DNA from: Thermoproteota archaeon | GTDB taxonomy: Archaea; Korarchaeota; Korarchaeia; Korarchaeales; JAOZGB01 | Reading direction: 5' to 3' | NCBI GenBank assembly: GCA_037917685.1 | Contig: JAVCBU010000001.1 | Location: 1 to 60,824, forward strand | DNA: 60,824 bases | Shown: in pieces, positions 50,219-60,233 of the stretch | Layout of the letters: each line of letters begins with the position of its first letter | Numbering within the stretch: the first letter of the stretch is position 1 | Made by a program: the position numbers and the translations under genes | The notes under the pieces: generated by a model | Told to the model about the DNA's origin: nothing | The model's database searches: none | What the model saw: the letters and a program-made list of their open reading frames with translations, nothing else

Positions 50219-51334
50219 GTGGAAATCATGGTTAAAGAACTTAAAAAGAATGTTTGGAATGTAAATAGATGTAGTGGATGTGGAATGTGTGTTTCAACAT
50301 GCGCAAAGAACGTTATACGATTTCCCGAGGAGGAAGATCACCCAGTTTTAGATATCAGAGAAAAAACCGTTGGGTTATCACACATAGTGGTAGATACGTG
50401 TTTCTTCTGCGAAAAGCCATGTGAAGACAGTTGTCCTAAACTAAAAGAATGGAAAAAAGGGCCTGTAATTCGTACAGTTTCCGCGGTTTCAAAGTTATCG
50501 GATGGTAATGTTATTAATGCACTTCTGGTTTCAGCACTTAGATACGGGCTCATTGACGGGGCGATTTTATGGGATGTAGAAAGAAATTATTTTAAACCGT
50601 TACCTAAAGTTGTAACAACCGAAGAAGAGATACTAAAAAGTGCGGGTTATCAGCATTTGTGGTTTCCAGTTCTCGGAGCTTTAAATGATGCCATCTATGG
50701 AAGGGGATTAAAGAAAATAGCAATTGTTGGGCCACCATGTGTCGCTCAGGCAGTTAAAACTGTGCTTTCATCCACGAATAAAAAGCTTGAAATTTATAGA
50801 AAGCGGATACGTTTAACCATTGGATGGTTCTGTGACGGTGTTTATTCTTATCGGTTGATAACTGACGAAGTAGTTAATAGATTTAACATTAAGCCCTACG
50901 ATATTAAAACGATAACTGCAGATCTTAGAGATGAGTTACTGAGAATTGTATTACATGATGGATCCGAAAAGACTATCCCATTGTCAGATGTTCGAAAATA
51001 TATGAGGAATGGTTGCGCTCGCTGTACAGACTTCGCATCCGAATGGGCCGATGTGTCCGTTGGAAATGTGGGCTCAGAAAAAGGAAAAACCACTATCATT
51101 GTTAGGACCCCCATTGGTGAAAAATGTTTTGACTATGCTGTCAGGGAGAAAACTATAGAGATTATAAATGTTCCTGTTGATATGGAAGAGATACAGAGGT
51201 TTGTTTCAGATAAGGAAAGAAGAAAACATGCGCAAGAAATAGATTCACTTCTTTTGTCAACGTTGAATGCTTTGTCAGGTGTGAAAAGTAAAGAGGAAAT
51301 TGAAGAAAAGTTGGAGTTGATTAGGAGGAAGTAG
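50219..51334 (+). CDS. Coenzyme F420 hydrogenase/dehydrogenase beta-subunit-like (FrhB/FdhB family) protein with N-terminal ferredoxin
   Basis: CSGCGMCVSTC, VGPPC, IGWFC, GCARCTDF..EWADVSVGNVG, TIIVRTPIG. Confidence 0.88.
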   Translation: MEIMVKELKKNVWNVNRCSGCGMCVSTCAKNVIRFPEEEDHPVLDIREKTVGLSHIVVDTCFFCEKPCEDSCPKLKEWKKGPVIRTVSAVSKLSDGNVINALLVSALRYGLIDGAILWDVERNYFKPLPKVVTTEEEILKSAGYQHLWFPVLGALNDAIYGRGLKKIAIVGPPCVAQAVKTVLSSTNKKLEIYRKRIRLTIGWFCDGVYSYRLITDEVVNRFNIKPYDIKTITADLRDELLRIVLHDGSEKTIPLSDVRKYMRNGCARCTDFASEWADVSVGNVGSEKGKTTIIVRTPIGEKCFDYAVREKTIEIINVPVDMEEIQRFVSDKERRKHAQEIDSLLLSTLNALSGVKSKEEIEEKLELIRRK

Positions 51335-51997
51335 ATGATGGAATATAGAGTGGATGCGAATGGTAAAGATTTAAAGGCGGTAAATTCTGAGATTAGGAAA
51401 GCAATTAAGGATGGAGCTGAGAAAATAGTAGTTGAAAATGCTTCTCATATTCATGGACTTGCAGCAGGGTTAAACCGCGGCAACATTGTCATAAACGGAA
51501 ATGTAGGAGATTACACAGGTGCATTAAATGACGGGGCAACAATTACAATAAACGGTAGCGCTGGTAAATTTTTGGCTGATAACATGACTAAAGGCACGAT
51601 TATTGTTAATGGAAACACAGGATATGGAGCTGCGGAATATTGCTACGGCGGGATAGTGGTAATACGTGGAAACGCTGAAGATTTTCTAGGCGCCCTAAAT
51701 AAGGGCGCAACAATACTAGTCGCGGGAAACGCTGGAAACGACATAGGGACTTACATGGTGGGAGGAGAAATAATAGTAGTTGGAAATGTAGGTGAAAATG
51801 TAGGCAATTGGTTTATTCGTGGCAGCATTTTTGTTGGCGGGAAATGGCAGAGTTTAGGGCATAACTGCAAGAAAGTGCCGATAGAAAGCCAGGATGTAAG
51901 AAGACTTGAAGAATACTTTAATAAATTTAATATAAACGCAGATCCGAGGAAATTTAAAAAACTGGTACCTATCTCGATTAAACCATTCTATAAGTAA
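51335..51997 (+). CDS. Glutamate synthase GXGXG beta-helix subunit (GltB domain 3 / FwdC-like)
   Basis: Repeated I.G..G...G...  units (INGNVGDYTG, INGSAGKFLA, IRGNAEDFLG, VAGNAGNDIG). Confidence 0.88.
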   Translation: MMEYRVDANGKDLKAVNSEIRKAIKDGAEKIVVENASHIHGLAAGLNRGNIVINGNVGDYTGALNDGATITINGSAGKFLADNMTKGTIIVNGNTGYGAAEYCYGGIVVIRGNAEDFLGALNKGATILVAGNAGNDIGTYMVGGEIIVVGNVGENVGNWFIRGSIFVGGKWQSLGHNCKKVPIESQDVRRLEEYFNKFNINADPRKFKKLVPISIKPFYK

Positions 51998-52011
51998 GGG
52001 GTGATAGTAAT

Positions 52012-53556
52012 ATGCCTATATTAGGGTCCTATTGTGTTACGATGGATAAAGAACGTTGTATTAGTTGGAAAATGCCTTGGAAATGTTCAACCTGCGTAGA
52101 GGTTTGCCCTAATTCTGTTTTTTCTGTAGACGATATGGGCAGAGCATATGTTCTCAACGACCTGGCATGCGTTGGTTGTAGAATTTGTATTGAAAACTGT
52201 CCTAACAATGTAATTCATATCCGACCAGCTGAATCTGAACATTTCTCAAGAGGGTTATGGACATTTCAAGCCATTGAGGAAATTCACTATAAGGCTGAAA
52301 CCGGAAAATATTTACTCAGAGGATTTGGAACCATGGGGTTAATGCCACACTTCGACGATTTAGTTATTGTACCAGCTCAACTTTATCCGCCTGCCCCTAA
52401 GGACAAATATAGAGAAGAGTGCAAAATGGATGTTGTAATTGGCGAAGGAAGGGTAAAAAAGCCTTTAAAGCTTAAAATACCCATTATGTTTGCTGCCATG
52501 TCATACGGTGCAATTTCAAGAGAAGCTAAGATAGCTTTAGCTATAGCAACTGCCAAAATGGGAATTGCTGCATGTACAGGTGAAGGGGGCTCTTTCCCCG
52601 AAGAATACTATCTTGCACATGGTTATAAGAATGAAGAAGACTTCAAACGTGGTAAAAAGAGCTATGAACCAGGTGGGCAGCTAATAGTTCAGTGGGCTAG
52701 TGGTAGATGGGGAGTTTCCGTTAATTACCTTAACAGGTCAGATGCTATTGAGATTAAAATAGGACAAGGAGCAAAGCCTGGTATGGGCGGCCATTTACTT
52801 GGAGAAAAAGTTACAGAAGAGATAGCTAAGATTCGTGGTATACCAGTTGGTACAGATTGCCTTTCACCTTGTCGTCACTATGATATTTGGAGTGTTAAGG
52901 AAGATTTGAAAAAGCAGATTGCACTTCTTCGAGATGTAACAGATTATGAAAAGCCAATTATTGTAAAACTAGGTCCTGGAAGAGTTTATAAGGATGTTAA
53001 ACTTGCTGCTGAGGCAGGCGCAGATGCGATAGCTATAGATGGTACACAAGGCGGAACAGGGGCTGCTCCAGAAATGGCTATTCAAGCTGCTGGAATTCCA
53101 ACAATAGGCTGTATTCCACCTGCCGTTAGAGCACTTGAGGATCTTGGTCTACGTGAAGAAGTGAAGCTTATTGCTATGGGTGGAATTCGTAACGGGGCAG
53201 ATGCTGTAAAGGCTTTAGCATTAGGTGCTGATTGTGTAGCGATAGCTTCCGCAGCTCTGATCGCGATGGGATGCCGTGTATGTACGCAATGTCTCAGGGG
53301 AAGATGTCCTTATGGTATAACATCTCAAGACCCTGAACTTCGAAAAAGGCTTCAACCTGAAAAGGCTGCTGAACGATTAGTTAATTTCTTAAAGGCCATG
53401 TCCGAGGAGATTAAAATGCTTACGATGCTCTCAGGCCACGATGATATCCATCAACTATCAAAAGAAGATCTACGAGCCTTAAATGTTAATGTTGCAGCTA
53501 TAACAGGTGTAAAACTTGCAGGTTTCGAGAAACAGATCCCCGAAGGATGGAAATAA
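52012..53556 (+). CDS. FMN-binding glutamate synthase subunit (GltB domain 2) with N-terminal 2x[4Fe-4S]
   Basis: AMSYGAIS, TGEGG, QWASGRWG, EIKIGQGAKPGMGGHL, DGTQGGTGA, GGIRNGAD, CRVCTQCLRGRCPYGI. Confidence 0.93.
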   Translation: MPILGSYCVTMDKERCISWKMPWKCSTCVEVCPNSVFSVDDMGRAYVLNDLACVGCRICIENCPNNVIHIRPAESEHFSRGLWTFQAIEEIHYKAETGKYLLRGFGTMGLMPHFDDLVIVPAQLYPPAPKDKYREECKMDVVIGEGRVKKPLKLKIPIMFAAMSYGAISREAKIALAIATAKMGIAACTGEGGSFPEEYYLAHGYKNEEDFKRGKKSYEPGGQLIVQWASGRWGVSVNYLNRSDAIEIKIGQGAKPGMGGHLLGEKVTEEIAKIRGIPVGTDCLSPCRHYDIWSVKEDLKKQIALLRDVTDYEKPIIVKLGPGRVYKDVKLAAEAGADAIAIDGTQGGTGAAPEMAIQAAGIPTIGCIPPAVRALEDLGLREEVKLIAMGGIRNGADAVKALALGADCVAIASAALIAMGCRVCTQCLRGRCPYGITSQDPELRKRLQPEKAAERLVNFLKAMSEEIKMLTMLSGHDDIHQLSKEDLRALNVNVAAITGVKLAGFEKQIPEGWK

Positions 53557-53939
53557 TTCACTCAGAACAATTGCAAACTACTATATAGCAACTCCTAAAC
53601 TTGACGATTATTAGATAGGTAACCACTTAAAATTTTTAAAAACAAAGTGCAAACTAACTAAAGTCCACGATGTAAATGACGAAGATGGAATCAAGTTAAT
53701 AGAATTACATGGGCTGTGCCAGCGCGCATAACCTAATCCTTTTATACTAACTTAGTTGCTGAACATGATGTTGCAGATGTTTAAAACTATAATAGCTTCT
53801 TATAACACCCTTCCTACCCTAACAGTAGCCTCCCGACTCCTCCTAACAGCATACATGTTCAGGCATACTCTTCTCTAATGTCCTAAATTTTTGGCCATTA
53901 ACTGATCAAACATTTTTGACTATTTATTTGACCATTATG

Positions 53940-54436
53940 CTTCTCCGACAATGTTTCTAGCTCGTCTAATAGTTCTTCAAGAGGTTTACCTACCTTCTAT
54001 TCAAGAATTATTAGCTTTATTGCAACGTTCACAATCTTATCCTGTGAGTACTCAGACGTGGAAAGCTTTTCACAAAGTTTAGTTCAGGGTTCCACGTTGG
54101 AAGGCTTAATGCCAAGTTTCATCAACCTTCTCATGAACACCGTTGCAAGCAAAGCATGGGAACCTTTAAACCTAACTTCCTCAGCTCAACGGCAAGATCC
54201 CTAAGCACATCGACCTGACCCAGTAGGCTATTAAATTCAGGACAAATACCTTTCTTTAACTTATCAATAATGTTGACCACGGAGCTCTTCGAAATCCCAC
54301 ATGCATTAGCTATCTTATTGCAGGATTCACTTTCGAAATAGAGTTTCAAAACTTCACATGCCTCAAGACATGTAAAGGTGTAGTATGGAATTCGGCCTTC
54401 ACAAGCATCTGGAGCCATTTTGATAATTATTACCAC
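53940..54436 (-). pseudogene. Mobile-element relic: integrase fragment fused to an HTH protein fragment, with frameshifts and stops
   Basis: PDACEGRIPYYTF segment appears to continue the integrase family broken at ~39420 (..EMKQRVPD); then KIANACGISKSSV HTH; reading continues in a shifted frame with stops. Confidence 0.5.
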
Positions 54437-54494
54437 ATTAAAAATCCCGTATTCGTTACATTATTTTTGTGTAGGATAATGGAATTGGGAACTT

Positions 54495-54508
54495 TATGGT
54501 GCGGGGGT
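54495..54508. repeat. 14-bp direct repeat of the tRNA-Leu 3' end (att-like), copy 1
   Basis: TATGGTGCGGGGGT identical to 56375-56388; followed by a degenerate TTTGAACCC. Confidence 0.65.
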
Positions 54509-54590
54509 TAGGTTTATACACTCGTTTTGAACCCTCGAATACACATATTGACCCATAGCTAGCATAATTTTAATATCTTTCTTAAATCAT

Positions 54591-55391
54591 CTATTTTCTA
54601 CCAACATATAATCCGTACCCTCCCAAGTATTCGAGAAGATTCTTAGGAGCTCTCCTCTTCCCTTTTATTGACCTTATGTAACTAGGATTTGTGAATAAGG
54701 ATAATGCTCTATACAACACTCTTAGGAAATCTTTTAAACCTAACCTCCCGATTTCATTAATTAGATCGCTCAGAACATTAATTTTATAGGTTCTCCATAC
54801 TATATCTCTTAATCCAGAGCTTTTCAACAATTCTACCCACCCATCAGAGGTTTCTGGTTTAGCACCATAAGTGCGAGATACGTACTCAACCAATTCTGGT
54901 GGAGGAGGTGTCTTCATCCATGTTTCCTCATTGAGACCAACATATCCTCCTGGCTTCGTAACCCGTACATACTCGCTTACCGCTTTCTGTTTGTCTTCTA
55001 GAAATGTTGTTATTGATTCACCGATAACCACGTCGAAAAGGTTGTCATTGAAAGGAAGATTTTGCGCATCGGTTACCAAAAGTTCAACTCTACTCTCTAT
55101 GTTCTCTCTTTTCACCCTTTCTTTTGCCCACGCTATCATCCTTTCGGAAATATCTATGCCAACCACACTACAACCATACTTTTTAGCAATATAGCAAGTA
55201 GTTATTCCAACGCCACAACCAACGTCTAAGATGCATTTACCTTTATCTATATGACATAGCTCTGCTAGCTTTCTTGTGGCTTTTAGACCTCCTACGTGTC
55301 TTGAAAATCCTAGGTAAGCGTACGATTCGAATAGTTGACGCGAGAATTTAAGTCCTGAATTTTCTTCCAGTGATAATTGTTTTTTCTCCAT
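54591..55391 (-). CDS. Class I SAM methyltransferase (paralogue 1)
   Basis: HVGGLKAT, LDVGCGVG, LPFNDNLFD, GES, RVTKPGG, GYGLYVGRK; ATG 55391. Confidence 0.9.
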   Translation of the reverse strand: MEKKQLSLEENSGLKFSRQLFESYAYLGFSRHVGGLKATRKLAELCHIDKGKCILDVGCGVGITTCYIAKKYGCSVVGIDISERMIAWAKERVKRENIESRVELLVTDAQNLPFNDNLFDVVIGESITTFLEDKQKAVSEYVRVTKPGGYVGLNEETWMKTPPPPELVEYVSRTYGAKPETSDGWVELLKSSGLRDIVWRTYKINVLSDLINEIGRLGLKDFLRVLYRALSLFTNPSYIRSIKGKRRAPKNLLEYLGGYGLYVGRK

Positions 55392-55392
55392 T

Positions 55393-56178
55393 TTACTTCC
55401 TCCCAACATATATTCCATATCCAAAATATTCTGAGAAACTCTTCAGAATAACCTTGGAGGGCCCCGCTTCCTTCATAAATTTCCAGAAATCTGGTCTTCT
55501 GAGACCTAAAGATAAAAATCTGTAGAGGGAGTTCAGGTAATCTATCAATCCATACATTCTTAGCTCGTCGATCTTGCTCAAGAGCGTGAGCCTGTAAGTC
55601 TTCACTGTTAAATCTCTCAGGCCGGAGACCTCCATCAACTTTTTCCATTCTTGAGAAGTTTCGAACATTCCACCAGTAACTTTTAACATATACCCAACCA
55701 ATTCGGTTGGGGGAGTTTTCATCCAGGTTCCCTCGTTGAACCCCACGTATCCACCAGACTTTACTACGCGTCTACACTCTCTTATGCCTCTTCGCTTGTC
55801 GTCCAGAAATGCGATCACAGACTCACCGATAACAACATCAAAAGCACCGCCCTCAAATGGCATATCTTGCACATCCGCCACCCTAAACCTAACCTTGCTC
55901 AAACCTCTCCCCTTCGCCCTCATCTTTGCCTGCGCTATCATCCTTTCGGAAATATCCACACCAACAACCCTGCATTCATACTTTTCAGCTAAGTAGCAGG
56001 CAGTCGCCCCAACTCCACAACCAACATCCAGCACATAATTATTCCTCTCTATTCTACATAACCGGATCAACTCTTCTGTAGCCTTCAAACCCCCACCATG
56101 CTTAGAGAAACCCCAGAGAGACTGCAACTCAAAATAAGGAGATTCCGACTTCTCTTTAACCAATCGCCTTTCTCTCAT
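55393..56178 (-). CDS. Class I SAM methyltransferase (paralogue 2)
   Basis: HGGGLKAT, LDVGCGVG, MPFEGGAFD, GES, RVVKSGG, GYGIYVGRK. Confidence 0.9.
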   Translation of the reverse strand: MRERRLVKEKSESPYFELQSLWGFSKHGGGLKATEELIRLCRIERNNYVLDVGCGVGATACYLAEKYECRVVGVDISERMIAQAKMRAKGRGLSKVRFRVADVQDMPFEGGAFDVVIGESVIAFLDDKRRGIRECRRVVKSGGYVGFNEGTWMKTPPTELVGYMLKVTGGMFETSQEWKKLMEVSGLRDLTVKTYRLTLLSKIDELRMYGLIDYLNSLYRFLSLGLRRPDFWKFMKEAGPSKVILKSFSEYFGYGIYVGRK

Positions 56179-56376
56179 TTACCTTACACTTTAATTTACA
56201 CCTCTCAAACTTTTATTCATTTAAGAGTGGGTTTACATTATTTCTATCAGTGTATATTGACCAGAATTAGGCTTAAAATGAAATGATTCCTTTTCATTTG
56301 TAAAAATTTGAGCAAAAAGATTAGCAATTCCCTGCCAAAAAAGAGCTCGGAAACTGCTTATTTTAGGCTCTGGATA

Positions 56377-56425
56377 TGGTGCGGGGGTGGGATTTGAACC
56401 CACGACGGGACAGCCGCCTCAAGGG
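56377..56425 (-). pseudogene. Degenerate 3' half of tRNA-Leu(GAG), att-like
   Basis: TT-GAG-GC-GGCTG-TCCCGT-C-GTGGG-TTCAAAT-CCCAC-CCCCGC-A-CCA; acceptor strand one base short, variable arm shortened, 5' half absent. Confidence 0.65.
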
Positions 56426-56524
56426 GGTGCCATCAGTAGTAATTTTAATTTGCCCACCTTCTACAAGCATAAACAATATAAAACTTGACGCTGTAATATA
56501 TATATCATGAGGCGGTGACGTAGT

Positions 56525-56875
56525 ATGATCACACAATTCTCAACCCATGTGGCAAAGGAAAAATTGAAGATAAACACCGTAATAAAGCTGTTTACCCTGG
56601 TATTGCTGTACGATGGCCCGAAGCACGGCTACGAGCTCATGAAGTTCCTAGAAGTGAAGCTCGGAACGAGGATAGGCCCCTCCCAGGTCTATCCCTTCCT
56701 GAGACAGCTGGAGAAGCATGGCCTCTTGAGGTCCGTGAAGGTAGGGCCTAGGGAGAAGAAGATCTACGAGCTTACTACGGAAGGAAAGTACTTTGTAAAA
56801 GACCTGCTGGAAAGAGCGATAGAAGTAATACAGACAAGTGTCAAGGCTTTGGGCCCGGAGAGGGTCTGCCCATAG
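56525..56875 (+). CDS. PadR-family transcriptional regulator
   Basis: GPKHGYELM, VYPFLRQLEKHGL, KKIYELTTEG. Confidence 0.92.
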   Translation: MITQFSTHVAKEKLKINTVIKLFTLVLLYDGPKHGYELMKFLEVKLGTRIGPSQVYPFLRQLEKHGLLRSVKVGPREKKIYELTTEGKYFVKDLLERAIEVIQTSVKALGPERVCP

Positions 56876-57647
56876 TGCTAACCTTCTCGTCTGCGAAGAC
56901 GAAGGCGAGCAGCTCGTCTACCTCCCTCTGGTCGAGCTTCTCGTACCTCTCGGTGCTTCCAACGTCATACCAGAATGCCTCCGTGACGTAGGCCTCGACC
57001 CTCAAACCGCGCCTTATAAGTAAGGGTACAAGGTCCCTCATTATATCGGTCTGACCTCCGTAGTCAAGTAGCTCTTCGACAAGTCCCACAACGTCGGTCT
57101 TGAGCGCCAGTATGCCCATCACGGCGGGCTTGCCCAAGGGGGGCTTCTCGACGAGCTTCACTATCCTGGAGCCCCGAAGCTCCGCCACTCCCACGCTGAC
57201 CGTGTAGTTCTCAGATAGGGCGAGAGTCGCTGCGGCCTCTCTATCCTTATGTATCCTTAACAGCTCAGATATGTTAATGTTGGACAGTATGTCTCCATAG
57301 TAAACCACTATGTTGTGGGAGTCGCCCAGGTAGCCTCGGATGTAGGCGTTATACAGGGCTCCGGCGTTTCCCGGGTACCTGGGATCATCCTTAAGATACT
57401 GGATCTTCACGCCGAATCTAGATCCATCGTCAAAGTAGTTTATTATCTGCTCGGCCTTGTAGTCTACGAGTAGTACTATCTTCTCAATTCCGTGGTAGCT
57501 CAGCAACCTGACGATGTACTCAAGCAGGGGTTTCTGCCTCATGCCGACGGGTATCATGGACTTCTGGAAGTAGTAGGTGAGAGGCCTGAGCCTCGTGCCC
57601 TTGCCGCCGCACAGAATCACGCCTTTGATATCCCCCAAACGAGTCAC
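56841..57647 (-). CDS. Sugar-phosphate nucleotidyltransferase-family protein
   Basis: LCGGKGTRLRPLT, KPLLEY, YYGDILS, VEKP, WYDVGS. Confidence 0.92.
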   Translation of the reverse strand: MTRLGDIKGVILCGGKGTRLRPLTYYFQKSMIPVGMRQKPLLEYIVRLLSYHGIEKIVLLVDYKAEQIINYFDDGSRFGVKIQYLKDDPRYPGNAGALYNAYIRGYLGDSHNIVVYYGDILSNINISELLRIHKDREAAATLALSENYTVSVGVAELRGSRIVKLVEKPPLGKPAVMGILALKTDVVGLVEELLDYGGQTDIMRDLVPLLIRRGLRVEAYVTEAFWYDVGSTERYEKLDQREVDELLAFVFADEKVSTMGRPSPGPKP

Positions 57648-57876
57648 CCTTAGATAAATGGAAGTCAGAAAGGTTAATTAATATTTATTAGGCGAACTTC
57701 TAGACGTTTCAAGTAAAAGAGTTTTCTGCTCTTCCATACGATATTGTCACGCCCTGGAGGCGAATGGTGTTCTTCTACATTCTACCACCTTGCGAGCACC
57801 TTCTCGGGAATCGCACACGCCCCGCGAAGGGAATGTTTATACACGTGAGTAAGTACTGAGAATGAGAGGTGAGGAC

Positions 57877-59175
57877 ATGTACGAGCTCGACGATTTTATC
57901 ATATCTTATGTCAGGGGCCGATGGATCCTCGATTCGAGAGGAAACCCGACGGTGGAGGCCGACGTAGGCACGGCGGGCGGGGGGATGGGGACGGCCGCTG
58001 TGCCATCCGGAGCTTCTAGGGGGGCCCACGAGGCCCTGGAGCTGAGGGATGGAGGGGAAAAATTCCTCGGAAAGGGGGTGGAAAAGGCGGTGAGGAACAT
58101 AGACGAGGTAATAGCTAGGGAGATAGTCGGCCTTGACAGCAGGAACCAGAGGGAAGTAGATAACGTAATGATATCCTTAGATGGCACGCCGAACAAGTCC
58201 AGACTAGGGGCAAACGCCATACTAGCAGTTTCTCTAGCAGTCGCGAAGGCCGCCGCGAACACCTACGGCCTCCCCCTCTTCCAGTACCTGGGAGGAGCCG
58301 TGGCCAACGTTATGCCAGTCCCGCTCATGAACGTGATAAACGGGGGGAAGCATGCCGGGAACCAGCTAAGGATCCAGGAGTTCATGATCGTTCCCGTAGG
58401 CGCCGGCTCCTTCTCGGAGGCCCTGAGGATCGGCAGCGAGGTCTACCATACTCTGAAGGAGCACCTGAGGGAGAAGTACGGGAGGGGCGCGGTCAACGTG
58501 GGCGACGAGGGGGGCTTCGCCCCACCTATGAAGGAGAGCAGGGAGGCTCTGGAGGCGCTGGTCCAAGCTATAAAGGGCGCCGGTTACGAGCCAGGAGGTG
58601 ACCTGTTCCTGGCACTGGATGCGGCGGCGACGGAGTTCTATGATGGCGAGAAGGAGACTTACGAGGTGGATGGGAGAGAGCTGACAAGGGATCAGCTCCT
58701 TGAGTACTACCGAGGCCTGGTCGAGGAGTTTCCGATAATCTCGATCGAAGATCCCTTCCATGAGGAGGACTTCGAGGGATTTAGGGTAATAAGGGAGGAA
58801 CTTAAGGATCTTCAGATAGTTGGCGACGACCTCTTCGTGACCAATCTAGAGCGTCTAGCCAAGGGAATAGAGTTAGGGGCTGCAAACTCTCTGTTGCTGA
58901 AAGTTAACCAGGTAGGCACGCTGTCCGAGGCGCTCGATGCCGCCTACAAGGCTATGAGAAATGGATACACGGTCATAGTAAGCCACCGCAGCGGCGAGAC
59001 GGAGGATAACACGATAGCCCATATAGCTGTGGCGCTCAACTGCGGCCAGATAAAGACTGGCGCCCCGGCGAGGGGGGAGAGGACGGCCAAATACAACGAG
59101 CTCCTGAGGATTGAGGAGTACTTGGAGGATGCTGCCACATTCCCCGGAGCCTCGGTGTTCAAGAGAAGGTGGTAG
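57877..59175 (+). CDS. eno: Enolase
   Basis: [58 protein letters not shown]; start 57877 or 57862. Confidence 0.97.
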   Translation: MYELDDFIISYVRGRWILDSRGNPTVEADVGTAGGGMGTAAVPSGASRGAHEALELRDGGEKFLGKGVEKAVRNIDEVIAREIVGLDSRNQREVDNVMISLDGTPNKSRLGANAILAVSLAVAKAAANTYGLPLFQYLGGAVANVMPVPLMNVINGGKHAGNQLRIQEFMIVPVGAGSFSEALRIGSEVYHTLKEHLREKYGRGAVNVGDEGGFAPPMKESREALEALVQAIKGAGYEPGGDLFLALDAAATEFYDGEKETYEVDGRELTRDQLLEYYRGLVEEFPIISIEDPFHEEDFEGFRVIREELKDLQIVGDDLFVTNLERLAKGIELGAANSLLLKVNQVGTLSEALDAAYKAMRNGYTVIVSHRSGETEDNTIAHIAVALNCGQIKTGAPARGERTAKYNELLRIEEYLEDAATFPGASVFKRRW

Positions 59176-59180
59176 CCAGG

Positions 59181-59744
59181 TCAGATAAGTCTGCACGCCG
59201 CCAGAGTTGCGAGAAGCGCCACGGCCACGCCCCCCACCAGCTGGGGGAGGGAGTGTGCCCCCATCTTTAGCCTCGACCAGAATACGGGGATGATGAGGAT
59301 GTAAAGTACATAGAACCAAGAGCTGAGCATGTTGGCTAGGAGGGTTGTCGGAGTCACGATCCCGGCTGCATGGATGCTAACCTTCCACCACCTGCTGATC
59401 AACAACAAGATAAAGCTGACGAACATCGATACCAGGAATAGCGTGACGAACTGGCTCAGCGAGAGGACGGCAGACGCCGCCAGACCCAGGATATAGGAAA
59501 GCTCTGTTAACAAGAAGTACTTTAGTCTCTTTTCTCGCTCCGATACGAACACGTCTACTTCCCCCGCGAGGGCGTCCGTGAGGATGAATAGGAAGGGGAG
59601 CACGCTGGCGAAGAAGGAGGCGGCGGCCAACGCCACAATCCCTCCCTCATATCCGCTCCCAATCCAGAGCAGCGCCACTACCACAAGGCTGTAGGCGTGC
59701 GGAGACAGGATCAGTGAAACCAGTGTTGCCAGATCTACCTTCAT
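59181..59744 (-). CDS. PAP2-like membrane protein
   Basis: Multi-TM; WKVSIHA and WSRLKMGAHS..QL..G motifs. Confidence 0.75.
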   Translation of the reverse strand: MKVDLATLVSLILSPHAYSLVVVALLWIGSGYEGGIVALAAASFFASVLPFLFILTDALAGEVDVFVSEREKRLKYFLLTELSYILGLAASAVLSLSQFVTLFLVSMFVSFILLLISRWWKVSIHAAGIVTPTTLLANMLSSWFYVLYILIIPVFWSRLKMGAHSLPQLVGGVAVALLATLAACRLI

Positions 59745-59807
59745 GGCCGTTCCATTTGGACACTTGGTTAGACAGTTTTATTTACGTTATAAAACTATTT
59801 CCTTGGT

Positions 59808-60233
59808 ATGGATGTTCCACCTCTCCGAATACTAGGCCTCCCCGAAGAGCTGTCGTGGATGCTTGTAGGAGAGGTTGTCATCATTCTTGTCTGGGTATCC
59901 TATGGGTTGCTTAGGTCAAAGGTGAGGAGGTTTAGGCCGGAGGCATCCCTTTTCGGGGAGAGCGAGCTTACGAGCGTAAATCTCTCAGACATACTGATTT
60001 TCGGGTTGGCCAATTCGATCGTCGCGGCCCAGTATGCCTCCAGTGTGTATAGCCTAATTCTCTCATTTTTCATCCTTCAGATCGCCTTCCAGCCTTACTC
60101 GGCGACTCTCGTCTGGCTGTCCCTGCTAGTCGCATTAGTGGGAGCGGTGCTTTTATACGCCGGATACAGGAGATCTAGGGAGATAGCTAGGATCGAAAAG
60201 ACCAGGATAGAATTGAGGAGGCGAGGCTTGTGA
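59808..60233 (+). CDS. Hypothetical membrane protein
   Basis: Three to four hydrophobic segments; stop overlaps the next start. Confidence 0.6.
   Translation: MDVPPLRILGLPEELSWMLVGEVVIILVWVSYGLLRSKVRRFRPEASLFGESELTSVNLSDILIFGLANSIVAAQYASSVYSLILSFFILQIAFQPYSATLVWLSLLVALVGAVLLYAGYRRSREIARIEKTRIELRRRGL

Noticed and set aside
51335-51997. Formylmethanofuran dehydrogenase subunit C
   Set aside because: Same fold, but it is adjacent to the GltB FMN subunit and no fwdABD genes are present.
56377-56430. Functional or split tRNA-Leu half
   Set aside because: Acceptor strand is one base short and the variable arm is truncated, so a decayed att copy is more parsimonious; not fully excluded if these are sequencing errors.
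57775-59319. Several long minus-strand ORFs over enolase
   Set aside because: Antisense ORFs expected in GC-rich coding DNA.
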